Assembly: GCA_963674755.2 (NCBI GenBank)
Contig: CAXXVS010000003.1
Coordinates: 2,336,001 to 2,400,000 of the forward strand
Origin: Desulfobacterales bacterium
GTDB taxonomy: Bacteria; Desulfobacterota; Desulfobacteria; Desulfobacterales; UBA5852
Length of the DNA: 64,000 nucleotides
Direction of reading: 5' to 3'
Part shown: positions 59,470-64,000 of the stretch, one piece after another
Layout of the letters: every line of letters starts with the position of its first letter
Position numbering within the stretch: position 1 is the first letter of the stretch
Notes under the pieces: generated by a model
The model's database searches: none
Told to the model about the DNA's origin: nothing
The model's input: only the letters and a program-made list of their open reading frames with translations
Position numbers and translations under genes: made by a program

Positions 59470-59712
59470 TTATAACAAGCCGGTTTTAATGCGCACTTCG
59501 GGCAGGGAGCCCAACTGTCCCGCCAGGGCGCCCACCTCGTCGGTGGTGGCCTCGATGGCCAGGGTGATTAGCGTCAGGTTTTGCGCCTGTAAGGGAACGG
59601 CCATGCGCCCGATGATCAAGCGTTCATGGAGCGCTAATGTCTTCTGCAGTTCGGGCAGGTGGCGCATCGGGTGGCGCACCAGGAGACCGATGAAGCCGAT
59701 TCTTTTCTCCAT
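59470..59712 (-). CDS. TM1266-family iron-only hydrogenase system putative regulator
   Basis: MEKRIGFIGLLV..IIGRMAVP..TTDEVGALAGQLGSLPEVRIK. Confidence 0.85.
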   Translation of the reverse strand: MEKRIGFIGLLVRHPMRHLPELQKTLALHERLIIGRMAVPLQAQNLTLITLAIEATTDEVGALAGQLGSLPEVRIKTGLL

Positions 59713-59912
59713 GGGACGTTCTACTTTCCACAGGGTCGAACGTATCCGCACGTCCGGCTTGCGCTGTCCGCTGGCGCCGGCGGCGGGCATAACAATACGA
59801 ACGCGCCGCATAGGGATGACCGGCGCGTATTGAAAGCTCCGGCCCTGAGGTTCAGAAGAACTCCTTCCCGCAGGCCAGAGGGGGTGATGAAACGATGGAT
59901 GGAGGAAATGAT

Positions 59913-60257
59913 CTATACGGCCAGTTCGACCCCCTTGGATTTCAGGTTCTGAATGCTGGCACTGCGATCGACATAGTGGGTATGGAGCAGGTGGTGCGAC
60001 ATGTGGCCGCAGGGCCCGTCATGCAGGAAGCCGTCCTTATCATCATAGAGTTTCTGGACCATGGGATTGTCCTGGGATTTGCGGATTTTGTAGACATTGG
60101 CGTCGGCCTTATAGACGGACTCCTGGCGCTGTCCCACGAAATCGGGTTCATCGGCCAGAACCGGCCGGGCCAGGGGAAAACCGACCGCCGCATATCCGGC
60201 TGCGATGCCAGCCGCTTTGATGAAGCCGCGGCGTGATAGTAACAATTGTTCGCTCAT
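59913..60257 (-). CDS. hydB: Periplasmic [FeFe]-hydrogenase small subunit
   Basis: Tat motif SRRGFIK, RKSQDNPMVQKLY, SHHLLHTHYVDRS. Confidence 0.92.
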   Translation of the reverse strand: MSEQLLLSRRGFIKAAGIAAGYAAVGFPLARPVLADEPDFVGQRQESVYKADANVYKIRKSQDNPMVQKLYDDKDGFLHDGPCGHMSHHLLHTHYVDRSASIQNLKSKGVELAV

Positions 60258-60271
60258 AAGGTTCCTCCCTT

Positions 60272-61525
60272 TCATCCTGCGTGGCGCATGGTTAGCCGTT
60301 TGTTTATCGCCAGGACCCCGTTGCGGAGCAGTGACGCCGAGCGTACATTGGGATCGAGCGGCTGCCCGCCGCCATTGACGCAGCCCCCCGGGCAGGCCAT
60401 GATTTCAATGAAGTGATAAGGGGATTTGCCTGTGCGCACCTCGTTGCAGAGCTGGGCGGCATTCGCGAGGCCGCTGGCCACCGCCACCTTGACGGTGCCG
60501 AAGCCCGGAACCGGGATGTCGGTGGCGTTGATGCCCTCATGGGTGCGTACCACCTTGATGTCGGGGTCGGACAGTTTTTGCTTGGAGAGAACTTCATAGG
60601 CCAGACGCAGGGCGGCTTCCATAACCCCGCCGCTGTTGCCGAAAATGGTGGCGGCGCCCGTGGACATGCCCAGGGCGGGGTCCGGTTCTCGCTTGGGCAG
60701 GGCCTGGAAGTCGATGCCGGCCGTCTTGATCATGTAAGCCAGTTCGCGGGTATTAATAGTGGCATCGATGTCCTGGAAACCACTGTCCGCCATTTCCGGC
60801 CGCAGCCCTTCGTATTTTTTGGCGATACAGGGCATGATCGAGACGGTGTAGATCTTCTGGGCCGGAATCTCGGTCACTTCGGCACCATAGGTTTTGGCCA
60901 GGGGCCCCAGCATGCCGATGGGCGATTTGCAGGTGGATACATGGGGCAACAGGTCGGGGTAGAAGGATTCCACAAACTTGATCCAGCCCGGACAGCAGGA
61001 TGTGAACTGCGGCAGGGGTTTGGCCTTGTCGGGGTGGCTGATCCGTTCGATCAGTTCGGTGCCTTCCTCCATGATGGTGACATCGGCCGTGAACTCGTTG
61101 TCCCATACATAATCGAACCCCAGCGCTTTCAGGGCGGCATGCATTTGGCCGCCAGCATAGGTGCCGACATCGTATCCGAAGCATTCGGCCAATCCATAGC
61201 GCACGGCCGGGGCTGGCATGGAAACGACGATCGTATTGGGATCCTTCAGTTTGGCGAAGATTTCATCCACATAGCTGACGCCCTCGTAGATCGCTCCATA
61301 GGGGCAGTGGATCAGACATTGGCCGCAGTTCATGCAGGCCGACGGGTTGATCACCTGGCGCGTGCCGTTTTCGTTGATGGGCTGGATAGCGCCGGTGGCA
61401 CAGTGGTTCTCGCATTCCCCGCAGGCTTCACACTTGGTGGCGTCGACCTGGACAAAGAAAATATGATCCGGATCGACTTGCCGCGGCGCATTGGTCGCGT
61501 ACATCACCTTTTCCATTTCTCGCAT
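60272..61525 (-). CDS. hydA: [FeFe]-hydrogenase large subunit (group A)
   Basis: Two CxxCxxCxxxC motifs; H-cluster motifs TSCCPGW, MPCIAKKYE, EIMACPGGCVNGGGQP. Confidence 0.95.
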   Translation of the reverse strand: MREMEKVMYATNAPRQVDPDHIFFVQVDATKCEACGECENHCATGAIQPINENGTRQVINPSACMNCGQCLIHCPYGAIYEGVSYVDEIFAKLKDPNTIVVSMPAPAVRYGLAECFGYDVGTYAGGQMHAALKALGFDYVWDNEFTADVTIMEEGTELIERISHPDKAKPLPQFTSCCPGWIKFVESFYPDLLPHVSTCKSPIGMLGPLAKTYGAEVTEIPAQKIYTVSIMPCIAKKYEGLRPEMADSGFQDIDATINTRELAYMIKTAGIDFQALPKREPDPALGMSTGAATIFGNSGGVMEAALRLAYEVLSKQKLSDPDIKVVRTHEGINATDIPVPGFGTVKVAVASGLANAAQLCNEVRTGKSPYHFIEIMACPGGCVNGGGQPLDPNVRSASLLRNGVLAINKRLTMRHAG

Positions 61526-61597
61526 TCCACATTCCTCCTTTGAGGGGGTTGATGAGTCATCAGGCACAAAGCGTGCCCACATGCTGGCGGTCTCTCT

Positions 61598-62179
61598 TTA
61601 AACCGTCCGGCAACCGTAACGTTTTTCCCAAAGAGTGCTTTCATCCGTCATGATGGGGCGGCAGCTCACGATCCAAAGTGCTTGGCGCAGCAGTCCTTTC
61701 AGGTTGGGGGGGCCGGTAAGCACCTTGCGTGCCGTTTCGAGATGATCCCAAGGATCCAGGACCATCTCGATCTGATCGCACACGCATTTTTTAAGCACGA
61801 CCGCCGCCTCGCCCGGAAGACGGAAGATATTTCCGGCTTCGGTCGCACCGTTGGCGGCATTGACCAACCGGACCTCAATGGGGATCGATTGGTCACCTGC
61901 GCCTAGTTCATCTTGCGGGGCCGGCCTGAGTTCAGGCAGATTGAGCCACCAATTGTAATGGGATGCACTCCATCCGGCGCCGAGGTTGCATAGGAAGAAG
62001 AGAACGCGGTCTTCCACATACACGCCAAACGTCACCCTGCCGTGCCTCAGCGCTGCCACTTCGGCCTCAGCGGGCCGGATGGCCGCTTTGATCAGGGTGT
62101 GCCCCAAGCGCGTATAATTATAATGGGTTCCCGGCTTCAATTCCGTCAGGCCGCTGATGCGGCATTGGCCCTGTGGCAT
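61598..62179 (-). CDS. Hypothetical protein, first gene of the hydAB unit
   Basis: 193-aa ORF with AGGTGG RBS, 73 bp before hydA. Confidence 0.65.
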   Translation of the reverse strand: MPQGQCRISGLTELKPGTHYNYTRLGHTLIKAAIRPAEAEVAALRHGRVTFGVYVEDRVLFFLCNLGAGWSASHYNWWLNLPELRPAPQDELGAGDQSIPIEVRLVNAANGATEAGNIFRLPGEAAVVLKKCVCDQIEMVLDPWDHLETARKVLTGPPNLKGLLRQALWIVSCRPIMTDESTLWEKRYGCRTV

Positions 62180-62242
62180 AAAACCACCTATGCAATGTCA
62201 ACAACGGTTAAAAAGGCGCCTGGAACGCAGGCTTGAGCAGAA

Positions 62243-62297
62243 ATGCAAAAGCCACGTCGGCCCGGCACTCAAAAAAACGTGCGGCCTTCGTGGCCTT
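62243..62297 (-). promoter_or_regulatory. Leader attenuator with GCCACGAAGG motif (copy 4, hydAB unit)
   Basis: AGGCCACG-AA-GGCCGCAC...GUGC-CG-GGCC-GA-CGUGGCUU + UUGCAUUU; motif at 62285-62294. Confidence 0.7.
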
Positions 62298-62443
62298 TCT
62301 AGATGAAGAGGGAGTAAAACAGGGTTACGAATGAAAGTACCACCATTTCTCTATGGTGGTTGATGTCTTCTACCTGAAAATACTGCTCTTGTAAAGAATT
62401 TCCTTTATAATATTCGCTCTTTTTTGCCGCTGACCGGTGCTCG

Positions 62444-63400
62444 TTATGGTCCGTCGCTGCTGGATGTCCGGTCGAACGGTTCGTCCTCGGGATTGATCTC
62501 GATGGTCAGATGGCTCAAGTGGTGAATCTTACCAAGTCGTTGGCGCAATTGTACGGGGTTTGTGCCGTTCCAGGCGCTTAAGGCCACGATGGCGCTGTAG
62601 GCGCCGGGCCCGACCTGCCAGACATGCAGATCCAGCAGGGCGGCCCCCTCCATGGTAGTCACCACGCGCCGGATTTCTTTCTCGACGTTGCTGGGGCCGC
62701 TGTAATCCAGCAGTATCTTGCCGGTCTCCCGTATGAGGCCGTAGGACCAGCGGCTGATGACGGCGGCCCCCACGATGCCCATGAGCGGGTCCAGAAACGA
62801 CCAGCCCCAGAGCTTGCCGAAGAGCAAAGCCGCGATGGCCAGAATCGACGTCAGGGCGTCGGCCAGGACGTGAATATAGGCGGCCCGCAGGTTGTGGTCG
62901 TGGTGATGATGGTGCTCGTGGCCTTCCGAGGTGTGGCCGTGTCCGTGATCCTCCTTGAGCACCAGGGCGCTGGCCACGTTCACCACCAGGCCGACCACCG
63001 CCACCAGGATGGCTTCGTCGAAGTGGATGGCCACCGGAGCCAGCAGCCGCCGGATAGAGGCGTAGATCATGGAAAGGGCCACCACAGCCAGCAGCAGGGC
63101 GCTGCTGAAGCCGGCCAGCTCCCCGATCTTGCCCGTACCGAAGGAGAAATTGGCGTTGCGGCGGTGCTTGCGGGCCAGGTAATAAGCCAGGGCCGTGATG
63201 CCCAGGGCCGAAGCATGGCTGGCCATGTGCCAGCCGTCGGCCAAAAGGGCCATGGAGCCGAAGATCATCCCGGAGGCGATCTCCACGGTCATGGTGGCCA
63301 GGGTGAGAACGATCACGATCCAGGTGCGCCGTTCGTTGCGGTGCTGGTGTGAGGAAAGGAAATTGTGGTCGTGGGGATAGTTCAGGGGCTCGTTGTGCAT
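62444..63400 (-). CDS. dmeF: CDF-family Co(II)/Ni(II) efflux transporter
   Basis: GSMALLADGWHM, His-rich loop HEHHHHHDHNLRAAYIHVLADALTS. Confidence 0.9.
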   Translation of the reverse strand: MHNEPLNYPHDHNFLSSHQHRNERRTWIVIVLTLATMTVEIASGMIFGSMALLADGWHMASHASALGITALAYYLARKHRRNANFSFGTGKIGELAGFSSALLLAVVALSMIYASIRRLLAPVAIHFDEAILVAVVGLVVNVASALVLKEDHGHGHTSEGHEHHHHHDHNLRAAYIHVLADALTSILAIAALLFGKLWGWSFLDPLMGIVGAAVISRWSYGLIRETGKILLDYSGPSNVEKEIRRVVTTMEGAALLDLHVWQVGPGAYSAIVALSAWNGTNPVQLRQRLGKIHHLSHLTIEINPEDEPFDRTSSSDGP

Positions 63401-63405
63401 TTGTT

Positions 63406-63993
63406 TTATACAACCCCTGTTTCCAACTGCGTTGTCAACTGTTTGGCCAGCAGGGCGCTGGTCATGGCCAGGCTCTCAGGATCCAGGTAATACTCTGCCT
63501 GACGCCAAAACAAAACCGTGCTGTAAGGGGGAAAATCATCATCTCCGTCGTTGAATAAGAGAAGCAAGGCTATGCGGGGCAGCGCCTGGAACTGCATGAC
63601 CAGGTCATAGGACAGCGTTGAATCACCGCAAACGCCGCCTAGGCGGCGTGCGGCCCGGGATAAGGCCTGCAGGTTGCCGGAAAAAGCCTGGGCTATTTTC
63701 TGCTCCGTGTCACTGGCGAAATAATTGACGTTCGTAAAGTGGGATTCGCGCTTGAAATCCTTGAAAGCGGCCCACTGGGGGTCCTGATGCTCTCGTGCGG
63801 GACAGCGGGCCAGATATTTGGCCATGATGACGAAGGTCGTGTAGCTGGGCGGCTGACGATGCTCATCCCAAATACCCTGGTGGGAAATGGTATAGCGGTG
63901 ATCGAAAAGCGACAGGGTATACTCCTCAGCGTGTGATTCCAGACCCAGGATGGGTGCGATCCGTTCGAGATCGAGCACCGCCAGGCTGTTCAT
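63406..63993 (-). CDS. DUF3786-domain protein
   Basis: WAAFKDF, QALPRIALLLLFNDGDDDFP, YLDPESL. Confidence 0.75.
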   Translation of the reverse strand: MNSLAVLDLERIAPILGLESHAEEYTLSLFDHRYTISHQGIWDEHRQPPSYTTFVIMAKYLARCPAREHQDPQWAAFKDFKRESHFTNVNYFASDTEQKIAQAFSGNLQALSRAARRLGGVCGDSTLSYDLVMQFQALPRIALLLLFNDGDDDFPPYSTVLFWRQAEYYLDPESLAMTSALLAKQLTTQLETGVV

Positions 63994-64000
63994 ATACTCC

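Noticed and set aside
51228..62297. Calling the leader motif an ANTAR target or a NiCo riboswitch
   Set aside because: The loop is a 5-nt ACGAA rather than the ANTAR hexaloop, no ANTAR protein is in the window, and no four-way junction is visible; left unassigned.

Overview
GC-rich (~60%) bacterial window, most likely from an anaerobic deltaproteobacterium (Desulfobacterota; inferred from the periplasmic HydAB pair, the TM1266, CooT and DUF3786 genes, and a selenoprotein). From left to right: a phosphotriesterase-like hydrolase plus acyl-CoA ligase; a PhnDCE transporter with two tandem phosphonoacetate-hydrolase-like genes under a YeiE-like LysR; a UGA-recoded peroxiredoxin-like selenoprotein that the ORF track misses; a lysine-2,3-aminomutase / two ATP-grasp ligases / permease / eIF2B-like / GNAT-HDAC-GNAT cluster; RND efflux, SulP, USP, DedA and a B12-radical SAM gene; an Rhs remnant with an orphan immunity-like gene; a K+ channel; aceE-aceF-lpdA; TetR plus methyltransferase; a cobalamin riboswitch with cbiK; and an ~18 kb nickel/hydrogenase island (His-rich protein, nikABCDE, TsaA/CooC/CooT/DUF3842, DUF4198, FmdE, TonB receptor, TM1266, [FeFe]-hydrogenase hydAB, DmeF). 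The strongest unexplained signal is in that island. Four separate transcription units carry the same leader 10-mer, GCCACGAAGG. It folds as a small ACGAA-loop hairpin overlapping the 5' arm of an intrinsic terminator, which suggests an undescribed attenuation/antitermination regulon linking Ni uptake to a Ni-independent hydrogenase. Several intergenic palindromic repeat families are present. No rRNA, tRNA, CRISPR array or transposase was seen. All calls are by eye from motifs; no database searches were run.
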